Source: Carcharhinus longimanus
Lineage: Eukaryota
Length of the DNA stretch: 64,000 nt
Assembly (NCBI GenBank): GCA_030264375.1
Contig: JASCQW010000122.1
Coordinates: 33,024,550 to 33,088,549 of the forward strand
Direction of reading: 5' to 3'
Part shown: positions 11,206 through 23,961 of the stretch, piece after piece
Layout: each line of letters begins with the position of its first letter
How positions within the stretch are numbered: the stretch's first letter is position 1
Translations under genes and position numbers: made by a program
The notes under the pieces: model-generated
What the model was told of the DNA's origin: nothing
The model's input: only the letters and a program-made list of their open reading frames with translations
Databases searched by the model: none

Positions 11206-13455
11206 CTGGAAACTGGGAGAAGCTGGAATCAGATGACAGTATTACAGTTGAGTAAAGGTAACTAAAGCAGCATGAGGGAGGAGCTGACCAGAGCCGAGGA
11301 GCCTCGCAGGAAAGACGGTGAAGCAGCAAATGGTGGGAATTTCTGGCAAAAGTTGGGGAAACACGGCAAAGTTTCATCCCAAGGAAGAAGAAGCATACCA
11401 AGGGGAGGACAAGGCAACCATGGCTGACGAGGAAAGTCAGGGACAGCGTAAAAGCAAAAGAAAAAGCATACAGCGTAGCAAAGATTAGTGGGAAGCCAGG
11501 AGATTGGGAAGCCTTCAAAAACCAAAAGAGAACAACGAAAAGAGCAATAAAGGATAGATGAAATAAGGGTAAAGTAGCGAGGAATATAAAAGAAGATTAC
11601 AAGAGTTTTTAAGATATGTAAAAGGGTAAGACAGTCATGAGTGGACATTGGATTGCCAGAAAATAACGTTGAAGTAGTAATGGGAACAAAGAAATGGCGG
11701 AGGTATTTTGCATCAGTCTTCACAGTGGAAGACACCAGTAACATACCAAAAATTCAAGAGAGTCAGGGGGCAGAGATGAGTGTAGTTGCTATTAATAAAG
11801 AAAATATGATTGGGAAGCTGAAAGGTCTGAGAATAGATTATCTAGACCAGATGGACTACACCCCAGACTTCTGAAGGAGATAGCTGAAGAGATAATGGAA
11901 AATGATTAGTGATCTTTCAAGAATCCCTGGAAGCAGGGAGGTTCCTAGAGGACTGGAAAATTGCTCATGTGACAACCCTGTTTAAGCAGGGAGGAAAGCA
12001 AAAGACCAGAAATTACAAGCCAATTAGCCCAACCTTGATCACTGGTAAGATTTTAGAATCCATTATTAAGGATGAGATTTCAGAATATGTGGAATTGCAT
12101 GGTAAAATAGGGTGGAGTTAGCATGGTTTCATCAAGCGGAGCTCATGCCTGAAAATATCTGTTAGAATTCTTTGAGGTAACAATGAGCAGGTTAGACAAA
12201 GGAGAGCCAGTGGACATTATCTACTTGGATTTCCAGAAGGCCTTTTGTCAAGGTGCCAAACAGGAGGCTGTTGAGTAAGGTAATAGCCCATGCTGTTAGA
12301 GGCAAGGTACTAGCATGGATAGAAAATTGGCTGACTGGAAGGCAGCTAAAAGTGGGGATAAATGGGTCCTTTTCACGATGGCAACCGGTGACTAGTGGAG
12401 TTCTGCAGGGGTAAGAATTGGGACCACAACCTTTCACTTTACAAATCAATGATCTAGATAAATGAACTGAGGGGATTGTGGCTAAGTTTCCAGATGATAC
12501 AAAGGTAGAACTTAGAACATTACAGCACAGTACAGGCCCTTCAGCCCTCAATGTCATGTCAGCCTATGAAACGAATCTAAAGCCCATCTAACCTAGGTGG
12601 AGGGACAAGTAGTATTGAGGAGGTAGAGAGGCTGCAGATTAGGAGAGTGGGCAAAGAAGATGGAATACAACTTAGGAAAGTGTAAGGTTATGCACGTTGG
12701 TAGGAAGAATATAAGTGTAGACTATTGTCCAAATGGGGAGAGACTTCAGAAATTGGAAGCGCAAAGGGACTTGGGAATCCTAATTCAGGACTCTCTTAAG
12801 GTTAACTTGCAGGTTGAGTTGATAGTTAGAAGGCAAATGCAATTTTAACATGCATTTCAAGAGGACTAGAATACAAATGCAAGGATATAGTGCTGAGGCT
12901 TTATAAGGCTCTGGTCAGACCACATTTGGAATATTGGTGAGCAATTTTGGGCTCCGTATCTAACGAAGGATGTGCTCGCCTTGGAGAGGGTTCAGAGAAG
13001 GTTCGTGAGAATGATCTGCTCGATGTATGAGGACCATTTCAGGAATTTGGGTCTGCATTTGATGAAGTTTAGAAGGTTGAGGCGGATCTCATTGAAACTA
13101 ACAGAATACTGAAAGACCTGAATAGAGTGGATGTGGGGAAGATGCTTCCATTAGTAGGAGAAACGAGGGATCCGAGGACACAGCGTCAGAGTAAAGGGAA
13201 AACATTTTAGAACTGAGATGAGGAGGAATTTTTTCAGCTAGAGGGTGGTGAATCTATGGAATTCATTGCCACAGAAGGCTGTGGAGGCCAGATCATTGAG
13301 TGTATTTAAGACAGTTTAAGAGAGGTTCTTGATTGGTATGGGGATCAAAGGTTACAGGGAAAAGGAAGAATAGGGTTGAAAAACTTAACATTCATGATCG
13401 AATGACAGAGCAGGCTTGATGGGCCAATGACCTAATTCTGCTCCTGTATCTTATG
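11206..13455 (+). mobile_element. 5'-truncated CR1-clade LINE (HER1-like), ORF2 RT pseudogene
   Basis: Fragments EDWKIAHVTTLFKQGGKQKTRNYKPISPT, DIIYLDFQKAF, KFPDDTK, MEYNLGKCKVMHVGRKN, QRDLG, YKALVRPHLEY; 3' tail GGGCCAATGACCTAATTCTGCTCCTGTATCTTATG. Confidence 0.95.
12506..12593 (-). mobile_element. 3' tail of a second CR1 family inserted antisense in the LINE
   Basis: TAGAACTTAGAACATTACAGCACAGTACAGGCCCTTCAGCCC interrupts the DDTK|xGG codons. Confidence 0.85.
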
Positions 13456-13523
13456 GAAACATGCCCTGTTGTTCTTTTTGTGGCAGAGTGTGGTAAGATC
13501 TGGAGAGAAAACTGACCCACACT

Positions 13524-13662
13524 GGGTGGAATTTTCCGGTCACATCCGCCATGGGAATTGTAGCAAGCAGGACAGAAAATTTGTCAGACCCTGCAAAGGT
13601 CTGTTAACCTTGGGGGGGCAGGGGGTGGGAGTTCTTGGACGTGTGGCCGGAAAATCCTGCCC
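13524..13662. mobile_element. 139-bp Harbinger-type MITE
   Basis: TIRs GGGTGGAATTTTCCGGTCACA / TGTGGCCGGAAAATCCTGCCC; perfect 3-bp TSD ACT (13521-23, 13663-65). Confidence 0.88.
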
Positions 13663-13954
13663 ACTGTTTTTCTTACTGGAACCAACACTGCCATTTCTGT
13701 AAGATTTCACCCACTCTTTATTGCAATTATACATCCTTAAATTCCCATCTTGTGCCATTCCATCCATCCCAGGCCATACCCATTGCTCTCCTCTCTCTCA
13801 CTTCATGCCCAGCTCTATCCCACCCCTTCCCCCTATTCAATCCAATCCACTGGGNNNNNNNNNNNNNNNNNNNNNNNNNNNNNNNNNNNNNNNNNNNNNN
13901 NNNNNNNNNNNNNNNNNNNNNNNNNNNNNNNNNNNNNNNNNNNNNNNNNNNNNN

Positions 13955-14436
13955 GGATTCATTCAGACTTGTTTGTGGGCCAGGAGTAGATGCAGGTGCA
14001 GGGGATGTCCACAATGACCATTGGAGGGGGACGGGAGGAAGACTAGGTGGGAGTGGGTGGGTGCTGACTTCAACTGTGGAGGGGAAGAGGCTGATGATCA
14101 GGGGAGGAATGGGGGAAGAGGCCGATGATTGGGTGAAGGGGGGAGAGAATGCTGACTCCAATTGGGGTGGGGAGGGGAGTCCCTTAGATGGTGGGCAAGG
14201 GTGGGGGGGGGGAGATTTATTCTTGTTATGATTGGGACAAGAGGGTGCCCTGATCTCTGTGCAGCCAGGTTTTGCCGGCATGTGGAGGCCCTACCCCTGC
14301 ATGACAGTTTGACCATTAATTTTTATTGGCAGAGTGTCATTGGATCTGGAGGGAAAATCAATGTGTTTCTCTGGAAAGAAACATGCTGATTTCCTTGTGG
14401 GAAATAACACTGCCATATTTTGGTAAGATTGCACAG
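13955..14436. mobile_element. Right part of a Harbinger-like non-autonomous element (left part in gap)
   Basis: G-rich interior, then a terminal region homologous to 11130-11190 plus 13470-13712. Confidence 0.55.
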
Positions 14437-15262
14437 ATTGCACACGTAAATTCAAATTAACAACAGATTATTTGCCCAGAACAGAAACTGAAACTAAAAC
14501 AGCCAGCCAGTGCAACATCCTAATGACAACACCATCAAATCATGTGATTGGTTCTAAAAGCAGTCATGAAACTCTTTAAATATATAACAATGGTCCCTGC
14601 CCCAAGCATGTATGTGAACACCAACACACTGCCAGGAAGCTCAAAAGCTCTTATTCTATCTTCAGTTTGACATTTCTACCACCTCATTTCTCAAAAAGAT
14701 CAAGATACTCTTACCATGTACCATGGAACAAAGCAAATGGATACTTTATTGAAGCTTATGCTACAAAGAAGTGTCAAGCTTACCATGGGTATTGTCCAAA
14801 AACCTCATAAATTGAGGCTGATTTGGAGTCTTACAGCACAAGCCATCAGATTTATAAAGTAATTGTAATCTTGCATGTGCTGAGAACTTCTCCTGGATAA
14901 GATATCTCAGCGTGGGTTTCAATAGTCAAAATGGTGATGCAGAAGAAGAAAGTTAAATTGTCAACACAAAAATAGCAGGGATGCCAGCAATGAAGCAAGG
15001 AACATTAGTTTACAGGATTCTTTCAAATAGTTACACTATTTCCCATAACAGCAAATAGCATCTGCTAAATATGACCTGTGCCACCTACTTATGTTCAGTT
15101 TTCCAAACACGGCTTACTGTCATTTTATCCTGACCTTCCTCTGTAATCAATGGTATAGAAAGATCCAACAACATGCTCAAGTGAAATAAAATGCATTACT
15201 TTTCTATTACATGTCTTGTGAAACATAACAGCTTGTGTTGGCACATATCAGATCTTATTGAA

Positions 15263-15455
15263 AGATGGAGCAGACTTGATAGGCCAAATGGCCTACTTCT
15301 TCTCCTACATAGAACATAGAAGAACTACAGCACAAACAGGCTCTTGGGCCCACAAGTTGCGCCGAACCTGTCCCCACCTACTAGGCTTGCCTATAAACTT
15401 CTATCTTACTAAGTCCCATGTACTTATACAAAAGTCTCTTAAAAGATATCTTACG
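15263..15455. mobile_element. Two CR1 3' ends joined tail-to-tail
   Basis: Plus-strand tail GATGGAGCAGACTTGATAGGCCAAATGGCCTACTTC abuts minus-strand tail ACATAGAACATAGAAGAACTACAGCACAAACAGGC. Confidence 0.7.
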
Positions 15456-15644
15456 TTTTGGACTGGATACTGGGTTTCACTGGAAGCCTGTTGGGATTCT
15501 GATGGTTTGTGACCTCCCTGGGCAGCGTCTTGCATCTATCTCATAGTTAAGACTGCAGTAACTGGTGTTGCATACTTGAGCTATTTCCATATCTAATATG
15601 TCATGTGCTTGAATGGCAGACATCAGAATCTCCTGTTGTGCTAT

Positions 15645-15900
15645 GAAAAAATGAGAAACTGCTGGAAATATTCAGCAGGTTTGGTAGCATCTGTGGAGAG
15701 AAATGGAATTAAGTCTTCAGGATGATGATCTTTCATCAGAACAGGAAAAGTTTAGAGATGTAACAGGTTTTAAGCAAGTATATATGCAAGGTGTATCTTG
15801 GTGGAAACCAAGAGGACGACAGAAAGAAAGGTCTGCTATAGTATGGAAGGAAGGAGAAATTAAAATGACAAAAAGGCTAATGGTGCAAGCAAGAGTGGGG
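15645..15900 (-). mobile_element. Longer Penelope-like 3' fragment with hammerhead-like motif (copy B)
   Basis: Minus strand: pyrimidine-rich UTR, then GTTCTGATGAAAGATCATCATCCTGAAGACTTAATTC..TCTCCACAGATGCT..CCTGCTGAATATTTCCAGCA. Confidence 0.65.
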
Positions 15901-17821
15901 GTGGGGGGGTGGTGGTGGGAGGTATAATGTCTAAATAATTGAGCTTTTGTTCTTCCCAAGTCCTTGTAGAAAGCTTTGCAGTTTCTGACCTAACAAATTG
16001 TTTCACCTCGCTTAATGCTGCACACTTCTGCAGCGATTAAACAGATGTCTTTGCCTTCTCGTTGCTATTTCAGGTGCTTAACTGCTTTCTAATTGCAGCT
16101 CACAGCTGATTTGGAGGATTACTGCTGTTCCCTCATCATTGGTTAGCCCATCACGCAGGCGTTAAAGCCAACATTTTAGTCCACAAAATGAAAACAACAA
16201 AATTGGATATAAACCAGCTGGAGTCAATTCTCCCCAAAACCTTTCGTAACCTACCAAGGAACTCTCAAACAGCACACAGTCATTTCTAGTCTATGGTTAT
16301 TGACTATTTAAAATGTACCTTGATTGGCTAGTTACCATGTTTCCCATGAAAATGGGCTCTGCTGGAAAAGGCTGTTAGGCGATATGATATTATCATAATT
16401 TTTTCGACTCAGGTTCTCAGAGGAATGGAAGATGAAGGCTCTCCTCTAAATTTTGATAGCAAGGGCTGCATTTTTAATTAAAAAGGACTGTACAAATGGA
16501 TTTGATGCCATGCCAAATTAAATTTTACTTCTTCGGATTTAAAACATTTTAAAAATTGATGTTGAATTTGTGAATTTTTTAAAACTTTGCACTCAAAGGC
16601 CTTAACGTGGTTGTTTGTATCACAAAGTCTACGGAGTTCTATGGCTGAATTACTGTATCAAAATTTCATCTGCGTTCAAGGCAGAAACCCAGTCGTTCAA
16701 CATTGTGGGCTCAGCAATATCAAAAAATAAATGCTGATTAGTCAGCCTCCTCAACACGGGTTTACATGATGAGTGAATGATCACTTTTAGTGACATGCCT
16801 TCTTGAGTTTCTCTGATGTTACCCTGATTGAGATATGTATTAAGAGTATCAATTATATATATGTGCTGAAGAATCAATTAAAATCAAAATCCAGTCATTA
16901 ACCTGCCAATCCCATGATATCAAATGCAATGTATTAGAATCAGAATCAAATCTATGTAATTAAAAGTTTGGATCTGGAATACGCACAAAAGACAAAAGTG
17001 TTCATTGCAGAGAAACCAATGAACATGGAGCAAGCAAAATCAACCATTCAAAACTGCAAGCAAGAATTTTCTATGCCCTTTGAAATGGCCATGTTTGTCT
17101 CCTATTACAGCCTAAAAATAACTTTTGAACAGAATCATTACACAAAACTAAAAAACTGTGATGAAAGAAAGATTACCTATATAATCTCGTAGCTTCAAAC
17201 AATACAGTCACCACTTGATATAGTTACAAATAATAAATCACTCACAAAGCCTCCACCCAGTCATTTCTTGCTGCCAAGCTCGGCAGCCCCACGCACACAC
17301 CCAGCTCTTCATTCCTGTAGAGTGTGAGAATGGCTGTGCTATGTCTCTCCCACACCAAGGACAGTGTAGAAAGCAGCCCTGCTTCAGACAATACCGGCCC
17401 CCACCCCCAACCTCCCCACCTTCCCAAGACCCTGTTCGTGGAAGGAGCAGATTGCCACCCTTTCATCAGGACAAGAGCATCTCTTAACCTGAGCCAAGAG
17501 GCTGTTGAGGTGCAGGTTGCCTGCCCACTTCAGGTGTAAGATGAAGGTGAAAGCCAAATATCTAGAGGCATCTGCAGCACCTGAGACTATTATTCCATTT
17601 ATTGGCATGGAACATGCAGCTCCTTATTAGGCAGGAGTCAGACATATCGCTGAGGATGATAGAAGCTTTGTCCTCACTGCAAGTCGTCATCATTCTCCTA
17701 CAGAGTCAGACCAATGTCTTCAGCCCCCTATCATTGAAAATGTGCAACCTAATGGTTAGATCATGTTGGCACAACATCATTGGTTTGAGTTTACACCCAT
17801 TGTGGGAAATCACATCACCTC

Positions 17822-18450
17822 CTACTCCCACTCATTCCTGAAATGAGAGGTGAACAGTGCATCCGTTGCCTGTTGGCCAATTCTGGCCTTGTCCAATGCC
17901 CAGCATTCTTCTTCCTCCTTCTCCTTGGCATCATCAGGCCCACCACCCTCCTCAACCTCCTCCTCCGCCTTGGCATCAACAGGCCCGCTGCCCTCCTCAA
18001 CATCCCCCTCATCTGACAGGTCTGGTATTTGCCCATCTCCTCCAGGTCCCGATTGTCTCCCTTCTGCAGCACTAGGTTGTGGCAAGTGCAGCAGACCATA
18101 ATAATGCAGTCTTTCAGGCTTTGCACCTGGGGCATGCCTGCAAGGCAGGCAAAGGCTGACATCCTGGCTTGCCTGCTCCTAGTCAAAGTTGATAAACATT
18201 TCAGCCTTGGCATAAAGGCCTTCTATCAACTCCCTAATATATTTTTGAGTGTTAGACTGGGAGCTGCCACAGTTGTCACCTGTGCTGCCCTGGAATGAAC
18301 CACTAGCATGAAAGTTCAGAGCAGTTGTAAATTTAAGGGCCACAGACATTGGCTGTCCTCCTGTTTCATGGGGTGCCAGCTCATGCACTATGTGGCAGAG
18401 GTGGTTCACTGTCCCCTGGGACAGACACACTCTTCTCTAGCACTGCAGCA
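17822..18450 (-). pseudogene. Internally deleted PIF/Harbinger (HARBI1-like) transposase
   Basis: ORF 18179..18430 MSVALKFTTALNFHASGSFQGSTGDNCGSSQS, then FACLAGMPQVQ fused to IIMVCCTCHNL and an acidic tail ending DALFTSHF. Confidence 0.9.
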
Positions 18451-19932
18451 TAGCCACAATACCTAAACTTCACTGTGTATATTATGAAACATTAACAATT
18501 ATTCAAAAATTAGGGTGTGTTACCTTAGTCAATAGGTCATATGTCAGGGCAAAGATAGTTGAGGGTGCAGGCAAGAATTTCTTCTGAACTCAACATGTTA
18601 GGGAGTAATTGATTTAATCAGAAGCGGTACATCTGAGGTGATATCCAATTTCCATGGAGGAACTGTAGAGATTCACAGCACAGAAGGAAGCTACTTACCC
18701 TATCAATGTTACTGAATAGCTCTCAAAGAACTATCCACATCATCCTATTTCCCGTACTTCTCTACTTTTTAAATTTCAGATATAAATTTGTTCCTGATAG
18801 GCCCATTCCGTGTCCTAACAACCATTCAATTCATAACATTCATTGTATCATCATATTTCATTGATTGAGAAAACTATTGCTGCAGACAAATTTCTGTACT
18901 CGCTGTGAGAATGGGTTCAATTTTCAGGTATAAAAAAGGGTTCAAAAATAGTGATTGGCTGTGATGGTTGATGGAAATAAGTTATAAAGAAGAAAAATAA
19001 AGTTGTTTATATAAATAATCAGAAAAAATAAATATTTCACGAAGTATAAAATATTTGCAAGATGAGATGTATTGGTATCAGATACAACTGAAGTTAACTA
19101 AAGGCACAACTGAACTCCAAAAATGCATTATATAAAACAACAATTGATCAGACGGCATTCCCGTAGTAAAGATTTATAGTGGCCAGAAAAGCTACATAGT
19201 TCCTTTGAATAATTTAGCATGATGGTGAGGATTGAGGAATAGGATATGGCTGAAATGTAAATATATATATGCTTGTATTCATTCCCACTATTGAAGATGA
19301 TACAGTGGTGGATATCCATGCTTCAAATATTGACTCCTAGAATGTAAATGCATAAACGGCCTTAGCTTGGTTTGAGGCACTGAAGATTGATCACGTTGCT
19401 GGACCGAATAGCATTTAACCCAGAATCCTGGAGAAAATTAGAGAAGTACTATGTAAGCCATTCATTTAGCTGCCCAATGGTTCTTTGAAATTTGGATTAG
19501 TTTGAATTGATTGGGGAAAGAGCTTGAATGTCATCACATATGTGCCAAGCCCCATTCATTGATCCTAAACAGGAATATATGAACAACTNNNAACTGTAGG
19601 CCTTTCAGCCCTTTGAGCTTGTTCTGCCACTATGGCTGATCTGTATCTTAACTGTATTTACCTAGTTTTGTTTAATATTTTGGAAGTAAAGCTCTGTGAT
19701 TTATGTTTTTAATAGGTTTGGATTACATAATTAAATTGTTGCATCATGAATTTCTAGCTGTACTAAAGATTAATGATTCAATGATTCATGGTACAATATA
19801 AAATGCCAACAGGCACTAACATTTTTCACTTAAAATGCATAGTTTTACTGATGTTTGGGGACTCAAATGATGAACACATAGGGAAACAATGTAATAGAAG
19901 ATTAAGAAATTATATGATCAACATAGTTTACA

Positions 19933-20335
19933 GGGGAAGTAGTGGCACAGTGGAATTATCACTGGACTAGCAATCCAGAGACCCAGCGCAAAGCTCTGGG
20001 AACCCAGATTTCAAACTCATCATGACAGTCTAATAAGATTATAAGACCTAGGAGCAGAATTAGGCCATCTGGCCCATTGAGTCTGCTCTACCATTGAATC
20101 ATGGCTGATACTTTTCTTATCCCCATTGATGACCATGAAACCATTGTTGATCGCTGTCAAAAACCCATCTGGTTCACTAATGTCCTTTAGGGAAGGAAAT
20201 CTGTCATCTTTACCTGTATGGGCCAATGTATGACTCCAGGACCATGGCAATATGGTTGATTTAAATGCCCTCTGAAATGGAAGGCAGTTGGGTAATCAGT
20301 GCTGGCCCAGCCAGCAATAGCCACATTCCCTAAAA
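19933..20335 (+). mobile_element. tRNA-derived SINE family 2, interrupted by an antisense CR1 tail (20032-20125)
   Basis: Head GTGGCACAGTGGAATTATCACTGGACTAGCAATCCAGA, body AACCCATCTGGTTCACTAATGTCCTTTAGGGAAGGAAATCTG, same family as 22076, 29543, 31060, 38271. Confidence 0.85.
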
Positions 20336-20529
20336 ATTAATAATTCTTTTTTGAAAAATCCTGTACTTCCAGAGAAAATGAGTGCAAACTGGGGGGAAAA
20401 GACTGTGTGCTAGGGTGGGGAAAGAGTGAGTGGGTGCATGGGGAGGGGGAGGAGAGATTGTGCGTGAGTAGTGAAGGGAAGAGAGAGTGTGTGCGAGGAG
20501 TGGGGGAAGAGAGTGTGTGTGGTTGGAAG

Positions 20530-20790
20530 GCATTGTGTCTTATACACACTTCTACGACTGTATGCTGCTGGTGGAGGGATTGTATAATGTGGTTAATGCT
20601 TTGTCCTGGATGGTGTCCAGCCTCTTGAATGTAGCTGGAGCTGCACTCATTCAGGGAATACAAAGTATTCCATCACACTCCTGACCTGTGCCTGGTCAGC
20701 CTTTGGGAAGTTAGGAGGCGAACTTCCAACTTCTGGCCTGTTTTTGTTGCCAAAGTATTTATATGTCTTGTCTAGTTCTGTTTCTGGTCA
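20530..20790 (-). mobile_element. Non-LTR retrotransposon ORF2 C-terminal fragment
   Basis: Minus strand DQKQN.TRHINTLATKTGQK..AQVRSVMEYFV..SAAPATFKRLDTIQDKA, typical post-RT region; likely same family as 4670-4985. Confidence 0.75.
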
Positions 20791-20989
20791 AGGTATTACA
20801 CGTTGAATTTGAAAGGGTCTCATTGGAATGGAGAGGGTTTCAAAGATTTCAGCTTGCTAGGAAGCTTCAGCACTTCAAATAAAGGCAGGAATGAGGCAAG
20901 AATGCAGATATTAATTACAGAGCTGCCTGAAATCACCACACCAGTTGTGATCTTCAGGTCTGCCAGGATGAAGGGACAGTCCATGACAC

Positions 20990-21609
20990 CCCCACCCCAG
21001 CAAAATGTGGCAAGATCAAATCCTTTCTCCCAGTCTGAGCCCACATAACCCCCAGAGTCCATGAGGGACCCTTCCTCTGCAGCCTGGCAGTGAGTGGGGC
21101 AAATGGCCACTGGACCTACCTCCTTGGGCCCTCTCAGGGGCCAATGCACTGGGCCAGGACGTCTATGTCAGGGTGCCGGGGGCAGTGCACTGTTGGCACT
21201 GCCAGGCATGTAGGAAGGCTGAGTGGGGTGTTCTGAGAGGGAGGGGAGGCTGAGGGGGGAAAGGTTGGGTCATCCTTATGCCTATGTGATGTGAGGGGGT
21301 AACCCATTATCTGTGAATTGGGGTAAGGATGCCCTTCTTTGCGAGTAGGCTGGTGCTGCTCCCCAGGTTAGTGGGGGGAGAAAGTGGCACTGTTTCATTA
21401 TTTTGGAGGAGGGTGATCTGTCTCCGAGTGTGGAGGTTGGGCACCCTTTAAAAACTGTGCCCCAATCTCTGAACAACCGGGCTCTGAGATGAGCTCATCT
21501 GCATGTTTCAGGTGGATGAATCTCACTTGACAGATGCTGCCAGTGCCAATGGGAAACACTAGTGTTTTCCCACTGGAGCACTTGGCTTGAAATTGAGAGA
21601 ATTCCACCC
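20990..21609. mobile_element. Harbinger-like non-autonomous element, right part
   Basis: TTGGCACTGCCA motifs, G-rich interior, subterminal hairpin GGGAAACACTAGTGTTTTCCC, terminus GAGAGAATTCCACCC. Confidence 0.55.
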
Positions 21610-22075
21610 ATTACTTCAACACCGAGGTGCATAACCATCAAGTTGTTACAACCACAGAATCAGGTCCTTAACAAGCTTATACNNNNNNNNNNNNNNNNNN
21701 NNNNNNNNNNNNNNNNNNNNNNNNNNNNNNNNNNNNNNNNNNNNNNNNNNNNNNNNNNNNNNNNNNNNNNNNNNNNNNNNNNTTTGCGTGGGGGGTGGGG
21801 AGGGGAGGAGGAGGAAGAAGACTCTCTTTTCTGAGGGGTTGGTAGTGCTCCCCTAGATGTTTGGGGTCCATCACACCATGCCCCTGCTTGTGGGTAGCAC
21901 ATGTAATGCCCATTCATGCTGTTCCCACTGGTGAGCCGGGTGAATGGCGGGTGGCTAGTGAATGGCCTGTCAAGCATGCTAATGACATTGAAATTAGTGA
22001 GTTTGCATAATTATCAGGTTGCTGCCCCCTATAGATGCAAACCCAATTGGGGCAGATGGGGTGAATCCCAACATG

Positions 22076-22430
22076 GGGGAGGGCATTGGCCCAGTGGTAT
22101 TATTGCCAAACTATTAATCCAGAAACTCAGCTAATATTGGGATTAGGGTTCAAGTCCCACCTCGGCAGTTGGTGGAATTTGAATTCAATAAAAGTCACAT
22201 GGAATTAAGAATCTACTGATGACTATGAAACTATTGTTGATTGTTAGAAAAGCCCATCTGGTCCACTCGAATCCTTTAGGGAACGAAACCTGCCGTCCTT
22301 ACCTGGTCTGGCCTACATATGACTCCAGAGTCACTGCAACGTGATTGGCTCTCAACTTCTCTCGTGCAACTAAGGATGGGCAATAAATGTTGGCCAGCCA
22401 GCAATGCTCATGCCCCACAGAATAAAAAAA
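22076..22430 (+). mobile_element. tRNA-derived SINE family 2, full length
   Basis: A-box TGGCCCAGTGG, B-box GGTTCAAGTCC, tail GGATGGGCAATAAATGTTGGCCAGCC..GAATAAAAAAA. Confidence 0.88.
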
Positions 22431-23744
22431 GTATCCTCACGCTCATCGGGAATCCCCAATTTGGGCTGACGCTCAATTCAACAGGCATTGGGATTCCCGT
22501 CGGCTGTCTGAAGAGGTCGGAGAATCAGACCTGATGTCTTCATGATCAGACAGAACAGCAGCAGAGAAGGAAAAGAAAAGCAGATTCTGCACTCTGGATC
22601 AAACTACCTGACAAACTAACATGTAGCTAGAGATTTGTACGTCAAGCATCAGCTTGTTCAACTCATCGTTCTGAGTTGACGTTACCCTCAATTCGAGGGA
22701 CAGTCAACAAACCTGGCCTAACTGTGTCACTCCTATATTCTGTCAGTCCACTCTGCTACACTCATGTCCTGGACACTTCCTATTATTGCAAGTTCTCTTT
22801 CTATCCTTTTAAGAGTAGAAACCTCCAGCTTCAACAACTCCATTGCTCCCTGACCCCAGACCTTAAATCAACCATCTTTTATCCAAACAGTATTGCACTC
22901 ACAAAATCCACAATGTCTGTCCCAATATCGTAATATTTTACATTTTAATATGGTCACCACAACCCTTTCCTCTTTCATTTCGCAAATAATTATGCACACT
23001 TTTATCTATTTCCTTTTTATGAATCTTTCTTACTCTGGTTCACAAAATCTTTGTATTTCTTCTTTTCTGTTTCCCATGGAGAATTTATTGTAAAGGATTG
23101 GAATGACATTCATCAGAGAACCTTGTGGGAATGCAGCATGAGTTTGATATATATTATGGGTTATAAAATTACATTTCCTACATCTTCAAAATGGCAGGAA
23201 AAAGAGACACCAAACTGAAGAGTAAAATGACAAAAGTGGAAAAGAGTTAACTTTGACTCTGACATTTTTTAAGATATGGCATTGACATTCTGCTTCTAAA
23301 AGTATATTGGAGAAAGTTATGGGCACTTTTATTAATAGCATTCTGTAAATATCTTAAAAAGGTCACCCTCTTATATGCAGTGTCTTAGTATTGCAATTTA
23401 ATGCAGGAAAAAAAAAGACCCTGTCAAATTGAATTTGATTTATATCACAACGCATTGATACTATTATTTTTATTTAAACTTGTGATATGCTCTTTATTTT
23501 AGACCTGGGAAATAGAAGCAGCAATATTAATATCACTATAATTGACAGTGATTAAAATGTAATTTCCAATACCATACTTGCTATTAATGAAAACTTCCTT
23601 TTCTTTTGGATTCACTTTAAAATGTTGCCCACCATTCATTTTTCACAATTGTTTCTGCTGGTCAGATACAAGGACGCACCGACTTCTTGAAAGCTATCCC
23701 CGGCACATCTTCTAATTCTATCTTTTACTTGCATTCTATGTCTT

Positions 23745-23961
23745 TAGAACTGTTCTCTAACTCCTTTAAACTCTACCTTATATTAAGCTGATCTTTCACC
23801 ACACCCTAGCCATGTCTGAAGCACTATATTCTGCACCCTCTCCTTTCCTTCTCCCCATGTACTCTATGAATGGTATGCTTTGTTTGCACAGTGCACAAGA
23901 AACAATACTTTTCACTATATAGCAATATAGTGATACAATAATAAATCAAATCAAATCAAAA
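23745..23961 (+). mobile_element. LINE 3' end with (ATCAA)n tail (Rex1/Babar-like, tentative)
   Basis: CAAGAAACAATACTTTTCACT..ACAATAATAAATCAAATCAAATCAAA; second copy at 25201-25325. Confidence 0.6.

Larger units (their letters stand above)
10340..13712. mobile_element. Non-autonomous Harbinger-like DNA element split by a CR1 LINE (11206-13455) and a MITE (13524-13662)
   Basis: 11130-11190 and 13456-13712 join into a sequence collinear with the uninterrupted copy at 14240-14436; GC-rich interior with TGGCAGTGCCA palindromes; end GTAAGATTTCACCC. Confidence 0.6.

Noticed and set aside
11102-12557. Long minus-strand ORFs (138, 160, 121 aa)
   Set aside because: Antisense shadows of the CR1 ORF2.
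13635-14281. Long ORFs spanning N runs (also near 21.7, 25.1, 29.3, 52.9 and 55.2 kb)
   Set aside because: Artefacts of assembly gaps translated as X.
14782-14900. Minus-strand open segment with GTAAGC donor (EKFSAHARLQLLY..)
   Set aside because: Weak acceptor and unrecognised peptide.
16650-16877. Protein-looking 75-aa minus-strand ORF (..LFFDIAEPTMLNDW..)
   Set aside because: No homology recognised; ORFs of this size are expected by chance.
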